A stretch of DNA of 64,000 bases, taken from Torpedo marmorata. Its lineage: Eukaryota. Position 1 is the stretch's first letter, and each line of letters begins with the position of its first letter. Both the position numbers and the translations under genes were made by a program. Of the stretch, positions 24,331 to 36,952 are shown one piece after another. The stretch is taken from NCBI GenBank assembly GCA_977017645.1, contig OZ360226.1, positions 31,620,001 to 31,684,000 on the forward strand, read 5' to 3'. The notes under the pieces were generated by a model that made no database searches, was not told the origin of the DNA, and saw only the letters and a list, made by a program, of their open reading frames with translations.

Positions 24331-26383
24331 AAATTAGTTTATTTGCAGATGATGTATTGATTTATATGACAAACCCTATTATTTCTTTATTACAATTGAA
24401 TGTTTTATTGAAAGAATATGGGGAAATATCTGGTTATAAGATTAATTCTGATAAAAGTGAAATTATGGCATTGACACAAGGGGATTATGGTAAATGTAAA
24501 GAAATTACACAATTTAAATGGTCAAAGGAAGGAATTAAATATCTGGGAATAAAGAATGATACAAAATTAGCTAATTTATATAAATTAAATTATCTACCAT
24601 TATTTACGAAACTTAAAAAAGATTTAGAAAGTTGGAAGGATTTACCTATAACTTTAATAGGAAGGGTAAACTGTATTAAAATGAATGTCTTTCCAAGAGT
24701 TCAATATCTTTTCCAATCAATTCCTTACGAAATTCCTTTGAAATTCTTTAAGGATTTAAATTTAATTATTAGGAAATTTTTGTGGAAAGGAAAGTTGGCT
24801 AGAGTAAGTATGGAGAAATTAACTTGGAATTATGAAATAGGTGGTTTACAACTTCCTAATTTTCAAAATTACTATAAAGTATCTCAATTAAAATTTCTTA
24901 ATGAAATGTTTGATTTAGATAAGTCTTCTGCTTGGATTAGAATAGAATTAAATAATATAGGAGAAGATTTGAAAGAAGTTATTTATAAATGGAATTCTAA
25001 ATTATTATCAATAAGAGGGAAGAATTCTCCTATTTTTAAACATTTGTTAGAAATATGGAATAGAGTGGATAGTGAGATAGGAGAGAAAGGCTCGATTTCT
25101 CGAAAAATGCCTCTATATCAAAATAAACTTATTCCATTTACTGTTGATAATCAATTATTTAAAATTTGGTTCCAAAAGGGAATTAAGATATTAAATGATT
25201 GTTTTGAAGCTAGTAAATTTATTACTTTTCAAAGAATGAAAGATAAGTTTAATGTATTGAATAATACACTTTTTGCTTATTATCAAATTAGAGCATTTTT
25301 AGTTGGGAAGTTAGGTTATAGTTTGACTTTACCAAGACAGAGTGAACTAGAATTATTAGTTACTAATGGAGGTGTAAATAAATTTATTTCTCAAATGTAT
25401 AGATTGTTTCAGAGAAAAATCCCTAAAGCAGGAATTCATAAATCAAGATTAAAATGGGAATCAGATCTGAATGTAACAATAGATGAAGAACATTGGAAAG
25501 AATTATGTAAATTAAGTATGGCGAAGATTATTAACGTTAGATATAGATTAGTTCAATACAATTTTTTTCATCAATTATATTTAACGCCTAAAAAATTAAA
25601 GAAATTTAATTCGACGTTATCAGGTTGATGTTTTATATGTACCGGTAATCGAGAGGAAGGTTCTTTTGTACATTCTACATGGTTTTGTCCAAAGATATAT
25701 GATTTTTGGTTGAAAGTTAAAAACTTTTTAGATAAAGTATTGAATATTACACTTCCATTGGACCCTATGATATTTTTGTTTGGAGATATTAAAAGAATTA
25801 GTATTAAGATTAAATTAAATATGTACAAATAGAATTTTTGCGAATTGCTTTAGCTGTTTCTAAGAAATGTATTGCTATTACATGGAAATCTGATGTAGAT
25901 TTAGGGTTAGAAAGATGGCATGCAGAACTTCGTTCATGTATACCACTTGAAAAAATTACTTATAATTTACGTAATAAATACCATTTCTTTTTGAAAATAT
26001 GGAGCCCATATATAAAAGCTGTTTGTTTAAGGATCTGAAGATCTCTAGACATCGGATCTGACTGGCGAACCTATCCTCCATAATAAAATCAGTTTATAGA
26101 TGTACTTTTTAGATTGACATTCTCCTTACTCTATCTTTTTCTTTCTTTTTTAAATTATTTTAGTAGATTAGTATGGGCTCCCCGTGCTTTCGGCGTGGTT
26201 GTCGGCTGGGCCGTACAGTGTACTGTGCGACTCGACTGCACCTCATCGGTGAGCCGGTGTGAGTCAGGGGGGTGGGAGGGTTAGGGAGGGGAGGTGAAAA
26301 TGTATCACATGTATTTTGATAATTTTATATTTTAATTTATGTACTTCGTGATTTAAAATTTTAAATAAAATATTTTTTTTAAA
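24331..26383 (+). mobile_element. L1-clade LINE, 5'-truncated, nested in the solo LTR
   Basis: Begins at the ISLFADD region; ORF 24357..25628; 14-bp TSD AACAAGGGTTTCGT at 24317-24330 and 26384-26397. Confidence 0.93.
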
Positions 26384-27727
26384 AACAAGGGTTTCGTGAG
26401 TTAATCAACGTTCTGTCACCCCTGGTCTCTTTCACCCACTTCATGAACTGTTAATTTCATCTAAAGCCTACGGGTCACATTCATCTAAGGCCTGCGTGTC
26501 TCAACCATCTTAAAGCCTGTGTGTCGCATCCATCCAAGGCCTACGTATCGTATCAATTTCAAGCTCACATGTCATCACTGAATTTCCAAACCTGAACTTT
26601 GAACTGCCTTTTGAGAATTGGGCTTTCAGCTGTAGTGGCTTGGGGTATTCCATACACACCAATATATTCGCGCATATTTGGGGGTTTAAGTTAGATAAGT
26701 GTAGATAAATTTAGTTAAGTTTAGATAAGTTACCGGTAGTTAAATTAGATTAGGTGTTATGTAATTCTTGATTAATAATTAAAAATATTATTTTAAATAT
26801 AACACCATCTGGGCTAATTTCTATTGCTGCTGTCTGGTACGTAACAAAGGTAAGAATTCAATCAAAGCATGACTGGCTCAGTAAACACTCATACAGTTGC
26901 TTGAATGTAAAATTCGGGGACTGAGCCCAAAATTCTCCATCAAAATCTTCATTCATTCTTTCTAAAAGAATTCCCTTAAAGTGATAATGAATAATATAGG
27001 GTTATGGCACCATTGGCTACAGCAATACATTGATTTATTTCAAGCTATGGACATTAAACAAGGCATTTCTGTGCAAAACCCTTCACTTTCAGAGGAAGGA
27101 AAAAACAGTGCAAAAGGGAGCAGGGGTGATGCATGTCATTCAAAGATGTGTGAAGATGCAAGCAAAGAAAAAGATCCATAAAAATTTAAGACCATAGCAA
27201 CATTTGTTGTTTGTAATACCAAAGCACACATTGGTGCAATCCTGGTTCTTAGATTGGACTTTGTTTTTTTTTATAAAAAAGAAACTCGTAGAGTAGGCTT
27301 TGAATTGTTTCAGTTCTAAAAGTGAATTTTTACAGCACAAAATAAATATTGTGCTGTAAAAATATTCCCTGAAAAAGGTCCATTAAAATGTTGGTATGGC
27401 CTTCAATTTGTTGCTTTATATCAGGCTTATAACAGAATGACACAAACATTTCCTTGCCAAATGTCTCACAATAGCAAGAAATTAGAAAGACTGAGGGGTA
27501 AAGCAGCACAGCTCACATTGTTCAAAAAAACCACAATGAACAGTGATCACCACAAAGGTAGACTGATGAATTAAAAGTAAAATCTGATGTGCCTACAGAA
27601 AGGAGAGAAACATTTATGAAATCATAAACAGAAGACAGAATACAAGGCTTAGCCATGTACCATAACAGCCATCATAATTGATGTTTATTAGTGTCATAAA
27701 GTATATGCATATTAATTTTTGTTTTAC

Positions 27728-27784
27728 CTTGTTCGAAAAACTGAGATCGCCGTTTGAAGTTTTTCAAACTAATGGGTTCAGAAG
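27728..27784 (-). CDS. LMO7: LMO7 exon (ASEPISLKNFKRRSQFFEQ)
   Basis: ctttag/gtaaaa sites; ISLKNxKRRSQFFEQ motif. Confidence 0.95.
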
Positions 27785-29409
27785 CTAAAGCAAAGAGGAA
27801 AAATATATTAACTGTCAAGTTAAATTCAATCCATACTTGGAATGAATATCAAAGACAAAATTAGAATAAATAAATAATTTGGATTACTCAATTAATAAAT
27901 TGCTGGCAAGTTGCATTTTTTATTCCAGAGCCTTCACTGTATTGACAAGCAACAGTTGCAATAAACATAAAATGCTCTAAACAACAGTTTAAAACAGTTC
28001 ATCTACTTTCTTCAAGCTTTTCAAATTTAGTCATGGAGCTCAGAAACAGGCTATTCAGCACATCGATTCTATACCAACCATCAATGATTCATCTCACACT
28101 AATCCTACATCAATCCCATTTTATATTCACCCCACATTCTCTTCAATTTCCTTCACACTCTCCCACGCGGCTATACACTTGATAGGCTAAATGATTGCTG
28201 ATTGGAAAGTTGCACAAGTGGAACTAGAAGCAGGTAAATAATATGCAAAAAAAATCTATTCTGCTGTACATGTTAACTACTCACAACCAGAGTTCTGCAT
28301 GGCTAAGAAAGGAAGAGTTAACTAAAGTTGTAATTTTAAATAAAGACCATGCAAACTTATTACGTGTCAATAATTAAAATCACTCATCCTCCTATCTCTG
28401 ATGCCTTGATGCAAGTTGTTTACTTCTGAAATGGTTTAAGGTTCAGTAAGAGTTGCAGAAATGTGTTTAAATTCTATCATGTACAATGGGATTTATTTGT
28501 AAATGTGCTGTGGGAAATTGTTCGACGATGCTGTGGATTTGGGAGATACCGTGAACACGGGAGTAGTTGTATGTGATGTCATGTATGTTCTCTGACAATA
28601 AATCTGAAATCTGATTGCTGGGAATAGGGAAGGGTTGTTGTGGTGTTGGGGGGGAGAGGGAGGGAGGGTTGAATATTCCATTCAACATTATTCTAATTGT
28701 CACAATTGATAATGAAACTAAAAAATAAATACCAAAGAAGAATTTTCTTTAAGAAATCAAACACTGGATCATTTAAACATATCCTTCCTTTATGCACTGT
28801 GGGCTCCTGATTTATTTTAACTATTTCCCAAACTGGCTGCTTCCAGCATATTGTTCATCACGTTGATTCCAACTCCTTTACATTTGTAAAAAAAATCAAA
28901 GGGAATCTACGAACAGCCTGCATCTGACACAATTTAATACATGACTGACCTCAAACTTACTTCATGACAGGAACACAAACTGTTCATGCCTTTCCATTTC
29001 TATCAATTCCTGCTTTGATGCTTTGAGAATTGTTCTGTCTATGTTTTATTATTTGAAGTGGAATAGCTTCAGAAGAACTGCAAGTATCTTTTCCTAACTC
29101 GGCCATGCATCAGTATTATTTCCAGTTGAGATTCTGCAGACTCTGCTCAGATCATACATACTGACTTCCACCACCAAGTATCAAACATAACCAATATGGT
29201 TTACTTCGATATCACAAGCAAAAAGGGTGCATTTCAGGCGAAGCCTATTTCTGAACTGCATCATGATATTATGTAACAGTACGTATGCTGGATAATTAAT
29301 TGAATCCTCTCTAAAGGGCTCTGGTCTTTCATGCTTGAGCCTGAAATCAAATGTTATTCTTGGCATTTATTATTTCACAATATCAAGCAACATAGTAAGG
29401 TAGCAAATT

Positions 29410-32110
29410 AATCTTTAGATTTACCTTTTTCAATGAGGGAAGTTAATGAAGTTCTTATTTCGTTAAAGAGTGGTAAATCTCCAGGTGAAGATGGATTTCC
29501 ATCAGAATTTTATAAAGAGTTTAAAGATTTATTAATACCTCCATATATGGAAGTATTGAATCAAATTACGGAAACTCACTCATTACCAGATACTTTTTAA
29601 AATGCAATAATTACAGTTATACCAAAGAAAGATAGAGATGTATTGAAAACTGAATCTTATAGACCTATTTCATTATTAAATGTAGATTACAAGATAATGG
29701 CAAAAATTTTAGCAAATAGAATGGCTAATTATTTACCAGATTTAATCCATGTAGATCAAGCTGGCTTTATTAAAAATAGATATTCAAAAGATAATATAGC
29801 TAGATTGATTAGTTTAATTAATTTACATAAAAAGAAGGAAGATTTACCATTAGTTTTAACTTTAGACGCTGAAAAGGCTTTTGATAGATTAGAGTGGAAT
29901 TTTTTATTTAAGGTACTGGAGAAATTTGGTTTTGGAAATACATTTATTAATTGGATTAAAACTATATATAAAGAACCATCTGCTAAAGTAGTTACAAATG
30001 GACAGATTTCTTCAAGATTTCCTTTGACTCGATCTACTAGACAAGGATGTCCTTTGTCACCAGCATTATTTATTTTGGCGATAGAACCTTTGGCAGAATT
30101 AGTTAGAAAAGATCCTAAAATAGTTGGTATTAAAGTTGGAATGGAAGAACATAAAATTAGTTTGTTTGCAGATGATGTATTGATATATATGACAAAATCT
30201 ACTACATCTTTAGTACAATTGTCTGTCTTATTGAGAGAATATGGGGAAATATCTGGATATAAAATTAATTCTGATAAAAGTGAAATTATGGCATTATCAC
30301 AAGGGGATTATAGTAGATGCAAAGAAATTACACAATTTACACAATTCACAAAGGAAGGAATTAAATATTTGGGAATAAGGGTTGATACAAAATTGGCTAA
30401 TTTATATAAATTAAATTATCTACCATTATTTGTGAAAATAAAGAAAGATTTAGAAAATTGGAAAGACTTACCTATAACTTTAATGGGAAGAGTAAACTGT
30501 ATTAAAATGAATGTTTTTCCAAGAATTCAATATCTTTTTCAATCAATTCCTTATGGAATTCCTCAAAAAAATTTTAAAGATTTAAATTCAATTATTAGAA
30601 ATTTTTTATGGAAAGGAAAGTTAGCAAGAGTAGGTATGTAAAAATTAACTTGGAATTATGAAATGGGTGGTTTACAACTTCCTAATTTCCAAAATTATTA
30701 TAAAGCAGCTCAACTAAAATTTGTTAATGAATTTTTTGATTCAACTAAATCTTCTGCTTGGATTAAAATAGAGTTAAATAATATAGGAGAAGATTCCAAA
30801 GAATAAATTATTTATAAATGGGATTCTAAATTAATATCAACAAGAAAGAAAAATTTGCCTATTTTTAAACATTTGTTAGAAATATGGAATAAGACGGATA
30901 AGGAAATAGGAGGAAGGATGCCTTTATATCAAAATGGACTTATTCCATTTACTATTAATAATCAATTATTTAAAATTTGGTTTCAAAAAGGAATTAAGAA
31001 GATTAATGATTGTTTTGAAGCTGGGAAATTTATTTCTTTTCAAAGAATGAAAGATAAATTTAATATATTAGATAATACACTTTTTGCTTATTATCAAATT
31101 AGAGCTTTTTTGATTGAGAAATTAGGTTATGCTTTGATTTTACCAAGACAACATGAATTAGAATTATTAGTTACTAATGGAGATGTTAATAAATTTATTT
31201 CTCAAATGTATAAATTGTTTCAGAGGAAAATGCCTAAAGTAGGATTGCATAAACCAAGATTAAAATGGGAATTAGATTTGAATGTAAGAATAGATGAAAA
31301 TCATTGGAAAGAATTATGTAAATTAAGTATGACGAAGATTATTAATGTTAGATATAGATTAGTACAATACAATTTTTTTCATCAATTATATTTAACACCT
31401 AAAAAATTAAAGAAATTTAATGCGACACTATCAGGTTTATGTTTTAGATGTAATAAAGAGGAAGGGTCTTTTGTACATTCTACATGGTTTTGTCCAAAAG
31501 TTTATGATTTTTGGTTGAAAGTTAAAAAATTTTTAGATAAAGTATTTAAGATTACATTCCCAATGGATCCTATGATATTTTTGTTTGGAGATATTAGAAA
31601 ATTTAGTATTAACATGAAACTAAATATGTATCAAATAGAATTTTTGCGAATTGCTTTAGCTATTTCAAAGAAATGCATTGCTATTACTTGGAAATCTGAT
31701 TTAGATTTAGGATTAGAAAGATGGCATGCAGAACTTCGTTCATGTATACCACTTGAAAAAATTACTTATAATTTACGTAATAAATATCATTTCTTCTTAA
31801 AAATTTGGAGCCCATATATGAAAGCTGTTGGTTTAAGAATTTGAAGATCTCTGGATATCGGATCTACTGGCATGCTTGACATCCGTAATAGAATTAGTTT
31901 ATAGATTGGCATTCCCCTTACTCTATCTTTTTCTTTCTTTTTCTTCTTCTTTTTCTATTTTTATTTTTATTAGATTAGTGGGGTTGGGAGGGTTGGGGAG
32001 GGTAGGGAGGGAGGGGGGGTGAAAATGTATCACAAATAATTTGATAATTTTATATTCTATTTTATGTATTTTGTGATTTAAAATTTTTAAATAAAATATT
32101 TTTTTTTAAA
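29410..32110 (+). mobile_element. L1-clade LINE, 5'-truncated
   Basis: RT motifs YRPISLLN, LDAEKAFD, RQGCPLSP, LFADD; TSD AAGGTAGCAA at 29397-29406 and 32111-32120. Confidence 0.93.
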
Positions 32111-34216
32111 AAGGTAGCAATTTGAAATTATTGTCTTAAAAAATCTATATGAGGTTAACTTTGCAACTTCATGCAATATGAAATTAATAACGAGTGGGTG
32201 CACTGGTGCTGTGGTTATAAAACGCAAGATTTTGAATCCACACATCACCAGTACAAAAGGCTTCCACAAGTGATGCTACTAACAGTTAGTGACACCCGAG
32301 CCATTACATTTGGGAGCTGTGATGTCATCTTAAAATAAACACTTGCTTCATGAGCGAATTGGAGAGGGCTATTTACTTATGGTATGGTTTAAAGTTCAGT
32401 AAGAGTTGCAGAAACATGACTAACTTTTGTCATGCACAATGGAATTTATTTGTGAATGTGCTCTGGGAAATTGTTTGACAATGCTGTGGATTGCTGGGGA
32501 TAGGGAAGGCTTGTGGGGGGGGGGAGGGGAGATTGAAGAGGCTTTTCGTTTTGGTAGGGCAACAAGGGAAGGAGGAAAGAAGAATGCAAAGAGAAATGAG
32601 GAATTATCCACCAAGAGGTCACCAAGTCTTGCCATGTCTATCATGCCAAAAGACAAAATGATTCTTTGGGAATCTGATTAACCCATATGAACTCAGATAG
32701 CTTGCGCTATCATCACTGGATGAATTCCATTGTTCAAACAATTCTGGCACCCTCAGGGTAAGTTAATAAGTGATTTAATGGGGGTGTACAAGATAATTCT
32801 GGGTTTAAATAAATCAACAAGAACCTGTTGCTATTGCCATATGGTTCAAGGAACAAGGGATGCAGATTCAAAGTGATAAGCATATAACATTCAGGGTTGC
32901 GGGGGTAGAGTGGTGACAAACAGATTTTATGCCAGGAACACCTAACAATTACCAATCTACTGCCTGCAAGGAGATAGAGAATCAACCATGGCTTTGAAAA
33001 GAGGATTACATAGGGACTCAAGTGGAAATACTTTGCAGAGCGATGGCAAAGATGCTTGGAACTGAATAAAGTGCTCTATCAGGAGTTAGCCTTGATGCAA
33101 TAGGCTGAATGGTCTCCTTCTGATTGCTGTTGAATTAATTCAGTTATTCGCTCACTTACATCCATGTCACATTATGTAAAACTGCAAGCTAGACACAAAA
33201 ACTGTCTTTTCAGGGGCTGTTATTAAAAACTGCACCAGTCTAATAGCGCTAGTGGGGTTATAGTTAGACCATGTTTTTTTTTCTATAGGGAAGGGGGAAT
33301 GTACTTAGTAACTGTATATTTTTCTTATAGTAATTGTATGTATTATTGCAAGGAATACATGTTGGCTCGATGGAGATTGAAGAAAGTAGCTATGGAGGGT
33401 GAGAAAGGGGTCTGGGATGGAGGAGGTAACATTAACAGAAACGAAACATAATCAAAAATGAGTAATGTATTAAGATTTTTGAATTTTAATATTAATGGTA
33501 TAAATGGACCAATTAAAAAGAAAAGAGTTTTAGCATATATTAAGAAATTGGGTGTTGATGTAGGCTTCTTGCAAGAGACACATTTAACAGAGAAGGAACA
33601 TCTGAAATTAAAGAGATTGGGTGGGATATGTAATGGCTTCTTCATTTAATAGTAAGGCAAGGGGTGTGGCAATTTTAATAAAAAAGAATCTTCCAATTAA
33701 GATACAAAATGTTGTAACAGATCCCGCAGGAAGATATGTAATGATTAATTGCCAGATATTTTCTGAATTTTGGACCTTTTTGAATATATATGCTCCTAAT
33801 TTGGATGATGATAAATTTATTCAAGAGGCCTTTCTTAACATAGCAGAAGCGCATGAAAATATCATAATTGGGGGAGATTTCAATTTTTGTCTAGACCCGG
33901 TTCTGGACAAATCTACAAGAGGAGGGAGGAGAACTGAAGCAGCAAAAGCCACGTTGGTGTTAATGAATGATTTAAATTTGATTGATGCTTGGAGAAGAAT
34001 TCACCCTAGAGATAAAGATTTTTCATTTTATTCTACTAGACATGATTCTTATTCTAGAATTGACTTATTCTTAGCCTCAGCTCAAATACAAGATAGAATT
34101 TTGGAAATAGAATATAAAGCTAGAATCCTGTCTGATCATTCACCTTTATTGATGACAGTGATTGTACCTGATAAAGAGAAATCGATATATAGATGGAGAT
34201 TAAACCCTATGTTATT

Positions 34217-35978
34217 TTTTTTATTTTTTTTAAATAATTTTATTTAAATTTTAAAATCACAAAATATATAAATCAAAAATAATATATCATTCCAAATACA
34301 TGTGATATATTTCCTCCCCCCCTCCCACCCTCCCCTCCCCAACCCCCCCAGCACTATTCCAAAAAAAAAAAAGAATATTAGTTATAAAGAAAAAAAAAGA
34401 GAAAAGAATTGAATAATAAAGAATTAAAGTGAGGAGAAAACAAATTACAAGCTAATTCTATTTATATATTGGAGGTTAGTTTTGCCAGCAGAGCCGACTT
34501 CTAGAGAATTAATTCATACCCATAATTCTCATATATGGGCTCCAAATTTTCAAAAAGAAATGATATTTATTACGTAAATTATATGTAATCTTTTCCAATG
34601 GTATACATGAACGTAATTCTGCATGTAATCTATCTAAATTCAAATCTAAATCTGATTTCCAAGTAATAGCAATACATTTTTTTGAAACCGCTAAAACAAT
34701 TCGCAAAAATTCTATTTGATACATATTCAATCTATTTCTAATACTAAATTTTTTAATATCTCCAAATAAAAATAACATAGGGTCCATTGGAACCGTAATA
34801 TTAAAAATTCTATCCAAAAAATCTTTAACTTTAGACCAAAAATCCTTAATTTTAGAACATAACCATGTTGAATGAACAAACGAACCAATTTCATCCTTAC
34901 ATCTAAAACACATATCTGATAATGCCGGATTAAATTTCTTTAATTTTTTAGGTGTTAAATATAATTGATGAAAAAAATTATATTGTACTAATCTATACCT
35001 AACATTAATAATTTTAGTCATACTCAGTTTACATAAATCTTTCCAATGTTTTTCATCTATATTAATATTTAAGTCTGATTCCCAACTTAATCTTGATTTA
35101 TGAAATCCTACCTTAGGCATTTTTCTCTGAAGTAATTTATACATTTGTGATATAAATTTGTTAACATTTCCATTAGTAATTAATAATTCTAATCCATCCT
35201 GTCTTGGAGCTATTAATTGATTCCCCAATTTCTCAACTAAAAATCCTCTAACTTGATAATAAGCTAAAATTGTATTATCCAATATTCCAAATTTTTCTTT
35301 CAGCCTGGAAAATGTAACAAATCTTCCAGCCTCAAAACAATCTTTAATCTTCTTAATTCCTTTTTGAAACCATAATTTTAAAAATTGATTATCAATAGAA
35401 AAAGGTAATAATAAATTCTGATACAGTGGCGTATTTGGAGATAATAACCCTTTTCGTCCTATCTCATTGTCTAACTGTGTCCAAATTTCCAACAAATGTT
35501 TAATAATCGGTGAATTTTTCTTTTTAACTAATAATAATTTAGAATTCCATTTATAAATAATATCTTCTTTATATCTCTCCCCTATATTATTCAATTCTAT
35601 ATTAATCCAAGCAGTAGATTTAGTTAAATCAAAAAATTCATTAATAAACTTTAATTGAGCTGCCTTATAATAATATAAAAAATTGGGGAGTTGTAATCCA
35701 CCCATCTCGTAATTCCAAGTTAATTTATCCATACTTACTCTTGCTAATTTTCCCTTCCATAAAAATTTCCTAATAATAATTTTTAAATCTTTAAAAAATT
35801 TTTGAGGAATTCCAAAAGGAATAGATTGAAAAAGGTATTGAACTCTTGGAAAAATATTCATTTTAATACAATTCACTCTTCCCATTAAAGTTATAGGTAA
35901 ATCTTTCCAGATCTCCAAATCTTTCTTTATTTTCTGAAATAAAGGTATATAATTTAATTTATATAAATTTTCCAATTT
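34217..35978 (-). mobile_element. L1-clade LINE, 5'-truncated, inverted, nested in host L1
   Basis: Open 488-aa ORF2 C-terminus 34509..35975; 13-bp TSD ACCCTATGTTATT at 34204-34216 and 35979-35991. Confidence 0.93.
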
Positions 35979-36952
35979 ACCCTATGTTATTAAAAAGAAC
36001 AGATTTTTGTGATTTTATAAAGAGGCAAATTCAGATATTTTGTGAAACAAATTTAAATTCAGTGACTGATAAATTTGTAATATGGGAAACTTTAAAAGTA
36101 TTTTTAAGAGGTCAAATTATAAGTTACTCTTCAAAAATTAAAAAAGATTATATGAAAGAAATAGATAAATTAGAAAAAGAGATAACGATTTTAGAAAAAG
36201 ACTTGCAAATGAGGAGTTCTATAGATAAAAGTAGACAATTAACTAATAAAAAGTTACAGTATAATATGCTACAGACTTATAGAACGGAAAAAACTATTAT
36301 AAGAACTAAGCAAGGATATTATGAGTTAGGTGAACGTGCACATAAAGTATTAGCATGGCAATTAAAAACGGAGCAGGTATCAAGAACAATTAATGCAATT
36401 AAAACTGAGACTGATGTCATTAGTTATAAACCCCAAACAATAAATGACTCTTTTAAGAAGTTCTATTCTGATCTATATAAATCAGAATCTTTACAAGATG
36501 ATGGTAAAATTGATAATTATTTATCTCAGATAAATTTGCCAACATTAAATGTACAAGAGCGATTAGAATTAAGCACACAGATTACACAAAGGGAAGTAAA
36601 GGACGCAATTAGCTCATTACAAAGTAATAAAGCACCGGGAGAGGATGGTTTCCCACCAGAGTTTTATAAAGAATTCAAGGAATTATTGACTCCCGTTTTT
36701 ATGGATATGTTACAACAAGCATCAGTGACCCATACACTTCCAGAGTCTTTTTCAACTGCAATAATTACAGTAATACCAAAAAAGGATAGAGATCCATTGA
36801 AACCCTCATCATATAGACCAATTTCATTACTGAATACAGATTATAAGATTGTAGCAAAAATTCTGGCAAATAGAATAACAAAATTTCTGCCAAAGTTAGT
36901 AAATATGGATCAAACAGGCTTCATAAAAAAAAGACAAGCAGCAGACAATGTA

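Larger units (their letters stand above)
23510..26846 (+). mobile_element. Solo LTR (about 1.27 kb without the nested L1), Gypsy/ERV-type
   Basis: TGTGACG...CGTAACA termini with 4-bp TSD AAGG (23506-23509, 26847-26850); internal tandem repeats; ATTAAA near the 3' end. Confidence 0.75.
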
